The position numbers and the translations under genes were made by a program. The notes under the pieces are model-generated. The model was not told where the DNA came from. It saw nothing but the letters and a program-made list of their open reading frames with translations, and did not search any database. Source: Felis catus (taxonomy: Eukaryota). Taken from it: a stretch of DNA of 64,000 bases. How positions within the stretch are numbered: position 1 is the stretch's first letter; the number at the start of each line of letters is the position of its first letter. Shown here one piece after another: positions 1-12,472 of this stretch. Where the stretch lies: the NCBI RefSeq assembly GCF_018350175.1, contig NC_058368.1:77998001-78062000 (forward strand). Reading direction: 5' to 3'.

Positions 1-394
1 GAGCAGGCTGGCTGTGATGCACGTGGCCTGGAACAGCTCGGTGGCGATATCTTAGTAACACTGACACAGTAAAACTGTCCTAAAGTGCCAGCTGACCTTG
101 TTTTCCCACATGCACAACTTGCTGGGCTCGGCAGCCAGAGGGAAGAGGGAAGTGCCGTGGCCCATCAGCTGCAGCTTCCAAAAGCAGTCAGGAGAGAACA
201 AAACAAATGTACAAATTGACCTAAATCTGGGGTCAAGTCTTTTTTTAAATCGTTATTATCAGTGGAAACACTGAGCTTGGGCAACTCAGCGGGGTGAGAG
301 GCAACAGAGGGCACTGATGAGTTATGTCGGCTCCGGAGCCAGACAGGCTGGGTTCTGGTTGTCTCCATCCTGCCCCAGGTGGGCGCGAGCCTCC

Positions 395-535
395 GTAAGA
401 GCCTCATCCCCTCTTTCCTCAGCTTCCTCCTCTGTAAGAGGGGGCTGGTGATCACATCTGTGTCACAGGGCCGTGGCGAGGATTAAATGAGAAAGTGCAT
501 GCAAACGGTTCTGGCACACGCTACGCTTCTAGGCA
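395..535 (+). mobile_element. MIR SINE fragment
   Basis: cctcagcttcctcctctgtaag...gaggattaaatgagaaagtgcatgcaaacggttctggcaca resembles the MIR core and 3' part. Confidence 0.7.
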
Positions 536-822
536 TAACAGTAACACAGCCGTCAACACCCACGGAACAGGTCGCAGGCTTACACCAGCGTTATATCCTG
601 ATAGGCGCTATCACCAAGCCAGAGTCAAGTGTGACTCATGAGCTCTTAGACTCTATCACATCTTCATTTATTAAGCCATTTATCACCTGAATTTCAGGAG
701 CGTTTTCTGCAGACCTTCTGTGCACCACAGGAGCCATGGCAGATCTCAGGGATACAAAGCTGAGTAGGAAACAGTCTCCCTAGGACATCATAGATTTCAG
801 AACAATCAAAAATGTGAATGCA

Positions 823-986
823 GGGGCGCCTGGGTGGCTCTGTCGGCTGAGCGTCTCACTTCAGCTCAGGTCATGATCTCATGGTTCGTGGGTTCGAGCC
901 GCACATTAGGCTCTGTGCTGACAGCTCGGAGCCTGCTTCAGATTCTGTGTCTCTCTCTCTCTCTCTCTGTCCCTCCCCCACTCGCA

Positions 987-1021
<35 letters not shown>

Positions 1022-1056
1022 AGAAATAAATGAATAAGCATTTAAAAGAAGTTTTT
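823..1056 (+). mobile_element. CanSINE (SINEC, felid type)
   Basis: GGGGCGCCTGGGTGGCTC head, (CT)n, A-rich tail; 12-bp TSD aatgtgaatgca at 811-822 and 1057-1068. Confidence 0.97.
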
Positions 1057-1174
1057 AATGTGAATGCATACTTGAAAAATGCTTGAAATGGGCTTTGATA
1101 GAAGTGCCAAAATATTTTTAAAAATTCCAGATTCAGGGGTAGTCCAATAAAATAGCCATTATTTTATTATTTGA

Positions 1175-1345
1175 TGCCTTTCTGTTTGTGGCAATTTGTC
1201 TAACACTTCATGTAAGGTATCTTGTGTGATTATCGCAGCATCCTCACAAGTGTGCCCATTTTAAAGGTAAAGAAACGAAGGTAAGAAGACAATTTCAAAT
1301 TCACCCTACTCGTGCAGCTGGTAACGGGTACAGCCACAAGTCTGC
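1175..1345 (-). mobile_element. MIR SINE fragment, diverged
   Basis: cccattttaaaggtaaagaaacgaagg resembles the antisense MIR core cccattttacagatgaggaaactgagg. Confidence 0.5.
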
Positions 1346-1919
1346 CTCTTGAGCTCTGTCACTGTTTGGGAAAGAGCAGCAAAGAAAAGGAGACGCACCC
1401 GTGGGTCCCTTTCAAGGACAGATCGTTAATTTCATGCATGTTATAGGAAAGGAAGCAAAAGAGACATTAAAGAAACTAGAGTAAATAAGCCAAAGAAATT
1501 ATCACATGTTATATAAATTTTATATAACATACGTCATAAAACTGGTAAACATATTTTTGCCACGTATTCCCAGAAATGTTCCTGGTGTCTGTGGCCTGAC
1601 ACTGTGCTCGCTTTCTGCCTCGTTCAAATTCTCTGCTGATTCGTTTGCTGGTGAATTAAAAATGTAATTTAATAAAGTAGACTTCAATTGCACACCTTAA
1701 GTTTCAAAGAATTGACTCCAGATCCCAAAATGAAGGAGACCTAGATAAATAACAGAACTTGTTACAAACACCCAGGGCTTTTAGGGTGGCTGCATATTTA
1801 ACATTAACGGGAGTAAACTGGGACACTTGGCTGCCAATCCCTTGCAAACCTAGGCTGCGGGAACAGGATTCAGAACAAAGGAAACATCTGTCTCCCTCGA
1901 TTCCTTGGTGTGTGAAATG

Positions 1920-2330
1920 GATTTGGAGCATCATGTTTAAATCTGGGCACCACATTTTAGGAAGGAACTTAATTAGAGTGTGCCCAGAGGAGGAGAATCA
2001 GGAAAGTAGAAAGTGAAAGTGATGCCCGGTGAGGAGCAGTGAGAGGAAACAGGAACAAGGGACCTGGGGGGAGGGGGGGATACTCAGAAGGGGCATGACC
2101 ACCCAGTTCACACCTGAAAGACTGGGATGAAAAGGACCACCAACTGGGGTGGCTCCTGAATGCAGGCCAGGGTCAGTGGTTGGACATTTGATAAAGGTAG
2201 ACCTCAAGCCAGTGGAAATGGGAATGGGGCATCTTAGTGGGGGGAATAAACTCCCTATTTCTAGAAGAGTCTAAGTTTTCTGTTTGAACAAGAGATGGAG
2301 GCCATGACCTCAAACGTCCCTTCCGGCCTT
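1920..2330 (+). mobile_element. L3/CR1 LINE 3' fragment
   Basis: tctgggcaccacattttaggaagga...gtgtgcccagaggagg and terminal atgacctcaaacgtcccttcc match recalled L3/CR1 3' motifs. Confidence 0.65.
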
Positions 2331-4137
2331 TGCTGGACCCTCCACTTCCTCCCACCCCTCACTCTCCAAATTGTGCAAGTCTACAAGCATCCTGTGCACA
2401 GGGATTCTTTCCCAACAGCCAAAGGCTCTCGACAGCTTCAGCTCTCATTCTCCAATGATCACCTTCTAAATCTGTATTTTTTAGCCATGAATTGTGATTT
2501 TCCAATCACAATCATTTTTTACTAAAAAAAAAAAAAGTATTACTATTTAACTGTCTGTAATCTTACATCCTCTACAGCCAATAGGTCATCAAGTTCTTCT
2601 TTCATTTTTAAGTGATAAGATTTGTATGAACATCTTTATTTCATACTTGGAATATCTGGGCTGAATTACCATAGAGAGATGTGGTAGGTAAGTTCCCAGC
2701 GTGATGGTTTCCCATACATAAGTCTCACGGACCTTCTTTCATTTCTCTGTGGTATATTCCAAAATCTTGTCGCATTGATCTAAATGAGGACAAACATCTT
2801 CACACCTGCACTGTTACAGAATTAATTCAAATATTTGAGTTTGTGATTTCTTCTTAGGCTATTTCAACCTTGCCAGTTGTTGCCCTGAACTGGAAAAATC
2901 CGTCTCTAATACCACCTTCATAACTACATGTGCAACAGCATCGTATCTTCAAGTAATTTCCATGTCCTTATCTCATTGAGGGAATGAAATACAGCTACAG
3001 ACCAGATACTTCATAATCTCTGATTCACACATACAATAATATCGTTTCCAAATCAGATTTCGTGGCTTTCCAACACTGGTATGTTTCCATGTGCCTTTCT
3101 GATCATAATAAGTAGAGGAAGGAGCCATGCCCTAATTCTTTCCCTGGACATGCTCTTCCTTCTCATATTCTCTCTTAGCCAAACCATTCACAGCTGGTGA
3201 AGGGGCATTGACTCTACGCATGCCAAAAGCTAGCTCTTTGCTACTCTGCCTTTCAGACCAGGTTTTGCATTGGGATTTTCATACGTTAAGCCGAGACCTC
3301 CAGGGACTTAATTCGTCCTGTCAAGCTGTCTTTTGAATTTCTTCTCTTACTCCCGTTCCCCCTTCTCCTAAAACCTCAAGCAACTTCCTTTTACTTAGGA
3401 ACCAAATACTCACAATTCAATTTCATTCCCATTTCATGCTGAGACCTTGAAGTAGGACACCCTCTGCTATAAAATTTAAAGCTGATTCATGGTGTTAAGC
3501 CCTTCGGAAAACAAAGTTGTATTTATTAAAGTGAATACAAAAAAATTTTTAAAAAGTGAATACAGATTTTTTTTTAATTTTCATACAAAATGTGCTAGTA
3601 TTATTTTGTTCTCCGTATCCAAAACGTATATATTTTCCCTAAGCTCACAATTGTCATTCTCGATATTAGAACAGTATCTTGCCCCTGGTGCTCCTTTATA
3701 CAATGCGCTGCCCTCAAAGATGAACACTTCTGGCACTTAGCCAATCTCAGGCTTTGCTTACTACTGGCAATCTTTTAACTGGTTGTATTTTGCTTGCTGT
3801 CTTCATTTTTTCCTCTTCATTTCCATATCTTCTATTCCCCATCCATCTAAATACTTTAACTTTTATTCCAGTTTTTTCTATTATTCAAAGTTTTTTTCAT
3901 ACTCCAATGATACCATCTAACACTTTTTCCCTGTCTTCAAGGGAAGTCCTGGCTCCAATTTGAAATTCGTTATTTCTTATGTGAGAGTGATAAAAATGAT
4001 AGTTATTTCTCAGAAATGTTTAAAGTATCAAATGAGTTAATGTGGTTGAAAAGAGAATTAATTTCTGAAGAGTACTATGCAATGATGGCTATTCCAATGT
4101 AATCATTTTACATGGGCCCCAAACTGACATCAAAACC

Positions 4138-6183
4138 CTTATGTAGAAAGACATCCTTGTTCATGGATTGGAAGGATTAATATTGTTAAAATATCCACAC
4201 CATCCCCAACCATCAGCGGACTCAAAGCAATCCCTATTAAAATTCCAATGGTTTTCTACAGTGAAATAGAGCAAAGACTCCCAAATTCGTAGAGCACTTC
4301 AGAAGACCTCAAAAAGCCTCAAAAACACAAGCATGTTTGACAAAGAACAAACTGGCAACATCACACGTCTTGATTCCAAACTATATTTATAACACTATGA
4401 TAATCAAGAGTATGACACGGGCATAAAAACAGACACATAGATTAACAGAATGATGAGGGCTCAGAAATACACCCACACAGGGGCGCCTGGGTGGCTCAGT
4501 CAGTTAAGCATCTGACTTCGGCTCAGGTCATGATCTCACGGTTCGTGAGTCTGAGCCACAAGTTCGGCTCCTGCTGACAGCTCAGAGCCTGGAGCCTGCT
4601 TCAGATTCTGTGTCTCCCTCGCTCTCTGCCCCTCCCCCGCTCATGATCTGTCTGTCTCAAAAATAAACTTTAAAAAATTTGAAAGAAAAAAGAAAGAAAG
4701 AAACCCATGTATCTACAATCAACTAATATTTGGCCAGAGAGCCAAGAACAGTCATTGAAGAAAGGAAAGTCTCTTCCATAAATGGTGTTGGGAAAACCAG
4801 ATAGTCATATGCAAAAGAATGAAAATGGACCCCTATCTTACACTAATCACAAAACTAGCTGAAATTGGTATCATAACTTAATTAGGACCTATCACCATTA
4901 ACACTCCTGGAAGAAAACATAGGGAAAAATCTCCTTGACACTGGCCTTGGCAATGACTGAACACCAAGAGCACAAGTAACAAAAGCAAAAATCAGTAAGT
5001 GGGGCTACGTCAAACTAAAAAGCTTCCATGCAGGGAAAAAAAAAATTAACAGAATGAAAAGGTAACCTACGGAATGGGAGAAATCATCTGACAATCGGAT
5101 GTCTGATAAGGGCTAAATCCAAAATATATAAAGAACTCATACAACATAACAGCGGAAAACAAATAATCCAACTGAAAAAACAGGTAAAGGACATGAGCAG
5201 ACATTTTTCCAAAGAAGACACAGAAAGAGTCAACAAGTACAGGAAAAGGTGCTCAACAGGACTAATCATTACAGCAATGCAAATCAAAATCATGAGGATC
5301 TACTGCTTCACACCTGTTAGGATGGCTATGATCAAACAGACAAGGGAAGAATGTTGGTAAAGATCTGGAAAAAAGGGAACATTGTGCACTATTGGCAGGA
5401 ATATAAGTTTACACAGTCACTGTGGAAAACGGTATGGAGGTTCCCCCCAAAATTAAAATAGATCTACCATGTGACCTGGCAATTGCATCTCTGTATATTT
5501 ATCCAAAGGAAATAAAACTACTATCTCACTGAGATATCTGCCCTGTTCAACTGAAGCATTATTCACCATAGCCAAGACATGGAAACAACATAAGTGTTCA
5601 GCAACAGACAAATGGTTACCCCAAGAAATGTGGCATGTATATGCAATGGATATTATTCAGCCATTCAAGAAAGAAGGAAATCCTACCATTTGCAACATTG
5701 GTGAACCTTGAGAGCACTGTGTGAGACAAAATAGATCAGACAAAGAAAGACAAACACTGTATGACCTTGCCCCTTATGTGGAATCGAACAAAGCCAAACT
5801 CGTCAACAGAGAGTAGCTGGTGGTTGCAGGGGCTGCGGAGTGAAGCAACTGAGGAGACCGTTGGGTCAAAGGACACACACTTCTAGTTATAAGATGACTA
5901 CATTCTGGAGATCTAATGTACAGCATGGTGACTACAGTTAGTACTTAACTACATTATTGAAAATTGCTAGAAGGACAGATCTCAAATGTTCTCACCATGA
6001 CAACACCACCACCAACACCAACAACAACAACAAAAATGGTAATTATATGAAGTGAAAGATGTTAACTAACCTCATTGCGGTAATCAGTTTACAATATATA
6101 AGTGTATCAAATCATCGCACTGTATACCTTAAACTTACACAATGTTATATGTCGATTATATCTCAATAAATCTGGGGGAAAAG
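4138..6183 (+). mobile_element. Old 5'-truncated L1 (L1MA9/L1_Carn-like): decayed ORF2 3' part and 3'UTR, interrupted by a SINE
   Basis: gttcatggattggaagg...attttttccaaagaagaca-type ORF2 motifs; 3'UTR tctaatgtacagcatggtgacta...tatctcaataaa; many stops and frameshifts. Confidence 0.92.
4480..4700 (+). mobile_element. CanSINE nested in L1
   Basis: Full head, body and A-rich tail within L1 ORF2 sequence. Confidence 0.97.
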
Positions 6184-6460
6184 AACCTCTTCTGCAATGC
6201 TTTCAATGGTAGGATATGAGCTCTTGGATAATGGGGAACAGGTTTTTACTCATCTTTATGTTCGTAGCATTTAGTATATTGCCCATCACAATTTAGATGT
6301 TCACTTAGTGAATTAGTTAATCACTACCTGCTATTTATCAGCTGCATAAACTAGAACTTGCAAAAATGCTAAATATTTATCCAATTTATGGTGAATTTGC
6401 AGTTCACTTTTTGCTTGCGGTTATATTATAAATTATGTTGTATACAAGGGGAAAAATAAC

Positions 6461-6564
6461 CAATATTGTCTATGCTAGTATAATATATATGCTAGTACTG
6501 TCTATGCTATATGTATATGCAATATTGTCTATGCTGGTATAATATATATGCTAGTATTGTCTAT
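6461..6564. repeat. Local direct duplication, 45-bp unit, period 59
   Basis: caatattgtctatgct(a/g)gtataatatatatgctagta(c/t)tgtctat at 6461-6505 and 6520-6564. Confidence 0.9.
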
Positions 6565-7440
6565 ATAGTACCCTAGCATATTTGTGTATTTTTGGAAGCA
6601 GACATGTCTCTACAAAAAAGAAAACTCATTTTTTGGTCAATGAATCTTTCCCCACATTAATCATTCTAAGGCAAAACAAGGTGTTATTATGAGAGTATAT
6701 CTACCTGAAACAGAGACTGTATTGCCTGAGCCTTAAGAGATTTAAAAATCAACATCCTGATGACGACACAGCCTAGGTAATTGTTTTCCATCTGATCTAC
6801 ATTTTGGATCTGTACAAAACTTGAATTCAGCTTGCCCTCAACCTCCACACGTAAACTCTGTCCCTTTGCTAACGCAGGTGCTACCCTAGTCTATCCACAT
6901 CTGTTCCCATCACTAATAATATTATATGTTTGAATGGTGTGTTAAGTGTGTGATGTTTGGTTTGATCACTTAAAATTTATCAACAACTCCTGTTAATTGA
7001 CAGAAGCAGAAATTTTCCAGTTGACTAGACCGTGTCAGAAGCCTACCCTACTCTTCTGCTCTTCCTTAGGGCACTTCATCTGGGAATCTAATTTTCAGTT
7101 AGACACCTCTAAAAGCTCTGGTCCTCTGATTTTAATTATTTATTGAATTAAATGTTGCCTGCATTAACCGTAACCATTTACGTGGATAATAAGTATATAT
7201 GTTTTATTCATTATAATATCCTCACTGGCTGGCTCAGTAAAATCTGTTGAATGATAAATGAACCAGACGACTGACTAATCTATGGTCACGTTTGTGACGA
7301 TTTTTCTGCACAATGCTGACTCCTGCGAACCAAACACTGGGATTTTTATTTGTTTGTTTACTCCTTAGCAGATGATGAAAATTACAGAGAAGGCCAAGTT
7401 ACATTTCTGGGCACCAATCTCATGAAATCTTATGAAAACC

Positions 7441-8130
7441 CCTTAGTTGGTAGAAGGGACCGGACTCCTTCCTCTGTAGGGACAGAGCTGAGCTCCGCGG
7501 AGGCCGGCAGGTCACAGAGTTCCGATTCCATGCTACTGCTCCCCCCATTTAGGGGGAGCGACTGAGCGAACTCTTTCCCCAACAGCCTTAAACAGGTGTC
7601 CCCTGCGGATGGCGTATGAGACGCCAAGCCACATCAGACATCAGGAAACGTGTGAATACAGCAGGCGCTACACATATTCCTCATTCATGACAACACAGCG
7701 CCCACAACCACTGCCCTGCTTTACTTAAGTGGCATATGGCAAACAAAAATTGGGACTCTGAGCAACCAAAACAGGAGGAAATTGCGCGTTGCCGGTGACC
7801 ACGGAGGCAGCAATCGTCTTACGCTGTTACACAAAAGCGGCACCAGTACCCGGAAGAGCCGATCCCTGTGTCCGTTGACAAAGATTTTCCCTAGTAAATC
7901 ACTGACCCTTGTTTTTCGTTGTATAGAACAAACAACTCAGATTGTATAAAAGCGTCGCGGGTGAACCAGTTGAAGGCTTACTCTGATCAACATTCAAAAA
8001 GAAATCGATAAGAAGTGTTGGTCCACGGAGATGCAAAGGAGTGTGTATGGCAACTGTTCTCCCGAACAAACTTGCTAACGGTTTTATTCCGCTAACAGTG
8101 GTTCTCAAAACCTACAGAGGCAAACGATAA
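7441..8130. promoter_or_regulatory. CpG-retaining segment; candidate promoter or enhancer
   Basis: About 33 CpG in 690 bp by hand count, in otherwise CpG-depleted DNA; TATAAAAG 7945-7952, CCGGAAG 7850-7856, X-box-like GTTGCCGGTGAC 7788-7799, several YAACNG. Confidence 0.45.
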
Positions 8131-8249
8131 TTCTCCTGGATAGTATTCCAGACTCCAGGATCTTGACAGGATATACAGATGGTACTCAAATTGGCATGAC
8201 GTGAGGGTTTTTTTGCTTTGTGGAGGTTGTTGTTGTTTTTACAACAGAC

Positions 8250-8625
8250 AGGATGCGGGGATACCCTGAGGGGTAGTGTAAAACCCAGAGGCCAGCCTGA
8301 TGCTAGCTTTTCCCACCATCGATACCCAAAATGACAGGGGGAAGGAAAGGAAGTTTCGGAAGGGTCTCCTTTGGAAGGTCAAAGGCCTGTTGAGGACCCG
8401 GCCAGGACAGGGCAACATCCAGGAGAAGAATTAAGAGAAGACTGCAGCCATCGCTTCCTCCACTGCTCTCCTCATCTTCCAAAGCAACCACTATCCCGGC
8501 CCAAATGGTGAAGGACCTCACTGACACAGAGCTTGGAGTAGATGGGATGGCTCCAACTCCCACCGCAGAGCAGACGATGGCAGAGATTGGATCTGGTGGG
8601 ACAAACAGGTGTCGGTGTATCTGGC
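8250..8625 (-). mobile_element. ERVL-class LTR relic (LTR33/LTR41-like)
   Basis: Reverse complement tgtttgtcccaccagatccaatctctgcc resembles the recalled LTR33/41 5' motif tttgcccctccagatccactctcc. Confidence 0.45.
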
Positions 8626-9739
8626 ATCTTCATTTCAGGGATGAGAACACTGGGCTCCAGAGAGGCTACCACAGCTGCTGAATAGCGCTTTCATATAATC
8701 ACTTCAACACAATTATTCCGTCTCCCGCTTTATGCTTACTACTGACCTACAATGAAAATCTCCTGGGCCTTATGCTATTGTATACATCTAATATTATGTA
8801 GTACTTCTTTATTAATATTTTAAGCTCTCATCACTATTTATTACTGAGAGTAAAATTTCTTTTAAGCAATTCTGCTGTAGAGCCATAACCGAAAATGCTC
8901 GTATGCTGATGAGAAATCCATACATATGAATACACACCAACTATTTTGACCAATCTGAAACCCTAACCTTAAAATTTTCCAGTAATAGCTGCATATGGCA
9001 GGAAATATTATCATCACAATTGTATCAATGAGAATGTCTAAGTAAGTGGGTTTATTCAGAGATACAAACTTCATTAGCCCGCTCAAAGGCTCTACAAATT
9101 CACATGAGTTGAGTCCTGATTACGTTCTTTCTTCTTTTTCTGATTCACAGTTCACACGTCTTTAATTTTACAAAATATGATACCAGACCTAATGTTAGAT
9201 GCCTCATGGTAAAGGAGTTCAAAGCTATTGCCAATATTTGTATATCTTTTTACGAGCCTTTGAAAACGATATTCACAGCTACCTGATCTGGCTACCTTCC
9301 TATAACTAGTGTATCATTTATTCTAGTGAGTTTGTAAGTAAAATTAAGTATTTACAAAGTTTTTTCATTAGAAAAATATTACTGCCAGTGTGGGCACTCT
9401 TGCAAACTAATACATCTAACTCATAGACTAAGGACTCTTCTCTGAACATTCTACTGTATGTGCTTCAATCAACTGTTCTTATGTGCTATCACTCATTCTT
9501 TTAGACCTGGTGGTTTCATCCATTACTGTGATTCATGAAACTTTAATTCATATTTATATTCCTATCTCCTAATTAGGTGTGGATCTGCCACACCTGTGGT
9601 CACTAATTATGCCATGGCCATCCCAAAGCCAGTATGCCCATCAGTCTACATTTTATGTGGTTTGCTCAGTGGAACCACCATTGAAACATTTGGGTCCATC
9701 TGAACTTTAGGTGCCATCCACAGCATCTAAATCTTTTCT

Positions 9740-10330
9740 GCCTTCCACACCAGAATCCTGCCAGTGCTGCCTCCGTATTCTTCTCTTTTCTTCCATCCCA
9801 GCATCACTGTCCTAACTGGTCCTCCTTGTTTCGCAACTGCAGCAGTCTTCTAATTATTACCTCAGTTTCTGAATTGGCCTTTATCAGTCTTTTGTCCACA
9901 CTAGGGCCTGAAGGTTAGTTCTTAAATGCCAACCTGACTGTGATTTTTTTTCCTATTTTTAGTCCTTCTATTTGGGCCATTCATGCTCTGGCCTCACCCT
10001 TCCCTGCTCTCCCTCCACTGGTGATTATAGGTTAAATCTTGTGAAAAGAATGCACCTCTCTGCATGTGTTATCATCACTACCTTCCTGCCTAAAGTAGCT
10101 TCCTCCTCTTTCTTCATATGGTAGCCCCTATTTGAACTTCCACATTCATGCCAGCCCTCTCTGTTGTTCCTCCTAGGGGATTCCACAGCTCCATGGGGTA
10201 ACAGTTACTACTGGGCTCTTGTCCGTTTGCAACATCACCCAGTAAAAGGCGAGTTGCAGACACCAGGGACTTGTCTTGGGGACCTCAGCATCTAGTGTGG
10301 TGACTGGATATATCCACCAATGAATGATCA
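9740..10330 (+). mobile_element. L2 LINE 3' fragment
   Basis: Pyrimidine-rich L2-like stretch (tccacac...ttcttaaatgccaacctgac) ending in aatgaatga. Confidence 0.5.
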
Positions 10331-10494
10331 TATGGTTTGGTTCGGTTTTTGTCCCCTAACGGAAGTATTTTGTCAAGATGTTGAAGGCAAGGGGTAGTTG
10401 GAAAGTTGGTGAAGAAAAATTTAAAAATTTATGATAATTATTAAAAATGCCGGCCCGGAGGTTGATTATCACAGAAAACAAATATGTTTAGCCT

Positions 10495-10525
10495 CTTGGA
10501 GGTGCCTGGGTGGCTCAGTCTGTTA
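10495..10525 (+). mobile_element. Head-only CanSINE fragment inside a 22-bp direct repeat
   Basis: ggaggtgcctgggtggctcagtctgtta between agaaaacaaata(t/c)gtttagcct at 10473-10494 and 10526-10547. Confidence 0.85.
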
Positions 10526-10757
10526 AGAAAACAAATACGTTTAGCCTAGTTAACTTAATGGAACCTTAACAAGATTGAAGAGAAACCCAAGTGTGCATCA
10601 CAACAATGGAACTGGGATTGGAGTGAGGAGGCAGGGATGACAGAGGGGCTCTGGTCCGACTTGACTGATCCCTCGGGTTCCAAGGGAATGAAACAAAGCC
10701 TCATCTGAACTGGACTAAGAGTAGAAGTTGGGAAATATTGCAAAACAAAAGGAAGAA

Positions 10758-10759
<2 letters not shown>

Positions 10760-10826
<67 letters not shown>
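10760..10826. repeat. Compound (TG)n(AG)n microsatellite
   Basis: Directly visible. Confidence 0.98.
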
Positions 10827-10829
<3 letters not shown>

Positions 10830-11712
10830 CTCTATGATATCAATGGAAATCTTCACTGTCACCCCTAAAACTGGTTATGCTATAAGAATTGTTCAAACAC
10901 ATGAGTTAGAGTGTGAATTTAGCGTCAGTCAAAACCATCTCATTATATTTATCCTACAAGATGCTCTACCCGATATCATGCAAAATGCTGCCTGATATGT
11001 TGTACTTAACCTATTTATATAATTTCCCCAAACCACATTAGTTGACACCAAGCACAGAACAAGTAATACCTGATTCTGCTTCTATTAACAAGTAGGTTTA
11101 TGTCAAGGTTTCAGTATTAGCATTTTTAAAACCTCATCTTCAAAGTTGCTGTCCATTAACGAGTCTCAAGTTTGAATCAGACTTAGTTATTCTGAATCAA
11201 TTTCTACTGTAATTTTAGGTTATAAAGTCTCTCCCACCTACATAGCCTATTATAAATTCTGGTATCCAGACATAAATAAACCCACCTCAGCTTAACTACT
11301 TTCTTTAGTCTCTAAATTGACAATGAATCATTACAGTTTTTTTTTTTTAATCTTAGTCTTTAAAAGTTGCTTGAAATATTCTGGAAAAAAAAGTATATGA
11401 GCTGGAATATGAATTCAAGAGTTACTCATGCTAGTCACTCTTATTTTCAAGCATGGTAACTAATACCGGAACCATTCCAAACAGGTGACAGAATCTTCAG
11501 AAAACAAGAGTCAAATATCTTCTGTAAATTTCCCCACAGTTTGAATTTAACTTTAAGCCAACTTATCTAAAGGAGATGCATCGTACAGGAGGAGCAGCAC
11601 ATCCCTTCTTTTTCACTGTGCATCCATGGAAATGACGAACAGCTGCCTGTCACCCTTTCGTTCAGTCTGAAAGCTCTTGGATTTTGTCACTCTTTGGGGT
11701 TGTTGTTTTTTT

Positions 11713-11928
11713 GTTTTCTGTTTAAATATTTTAAACGTTTATTCATTTTTGAGAGACAGAGCACAAGCAAGGGAGGGGCAGAGAGAGGTGGAGACACAGA
11801 ATCTGAAGCAGATTCCAGGCTCTGAGCCATCAGCACGGAGCCCGATGCGGGACTCGAACCCACAAACTGTGAGATCATGACCTGAGCCGAAGTCAGATGC
11901 TTAACCGACTGAGCCCCCCGGGCGCCCC
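11713..11928 (-). mobile_element. CanSINE
   Basis: Antisense copy ending ggcgcccc; TSD gggttgttgttttttt at 11697-11712 and 11930-11945. Confidence 0.97.
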
Positions 11929-12398
11929 TGGGTTGTTGTTTTTTTTAACCCAATTTGGCTTCTCCCCTCTTGAATAATTGCTGTGTTCTGTTAGACTCCA
12001 GAAGTGGACAGAGACTCACAGAATCTGATATTAGTGATTATAATAGGAAAAGTCCTTTCTTCTCTATTCAGAGTATCCTATAGTTCTTTTAACCATCAAT
12101 ATTAAATACTTACCACAAAATATGCCAATATGTTATAAGACCGTTTTTTTCAAAACGTCCCTCATCCACAAAAACAAAACAACACGAAACAAAAAAAAAA
12201 CCCTAGTAAAACCTGCCAGGTATTGCCAGTTTCAACAAGTATTCCTGGAACCTACATAACTGTGTTTCAAAAAATCTTACTGTCCCTATTTTCTACCTAT
12301 GGGACATTAGGAATAATGTTAACTCCATCACAAGAATTTAATATCCTGTAAAGCAAAATTCAATCACAAAGGAAGCACTGAATAATTACTGTACTTAC

Positions 12399-12472
12399 AC
12401 CCTTTGAGTGCTTATACGATATATTCATGCCTAAAGCTATGTTTAAATTGAACCAAATAATTGGTGTAAGTT
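12399..12472 (-). other. Candidate spliced exon of an unidentified gene; possible N-terminal peptide MNISYKHSKG
   Basis: Minus strand ttttttttccctcttgttcaag|AACTTACACC...CAAAGGGT|gtaagtac; ATG at 12428 open to the donor; alternative stronger acceptor at 12569-12570. Confidence 0.3.

Noticed and set aside
823..905. tRNA-like A and B boxes as tRNA genes
   Set aside because: These are the tRNA-derived heads of CanSINEs, followed by SINE body, (CT)n and poly-A.
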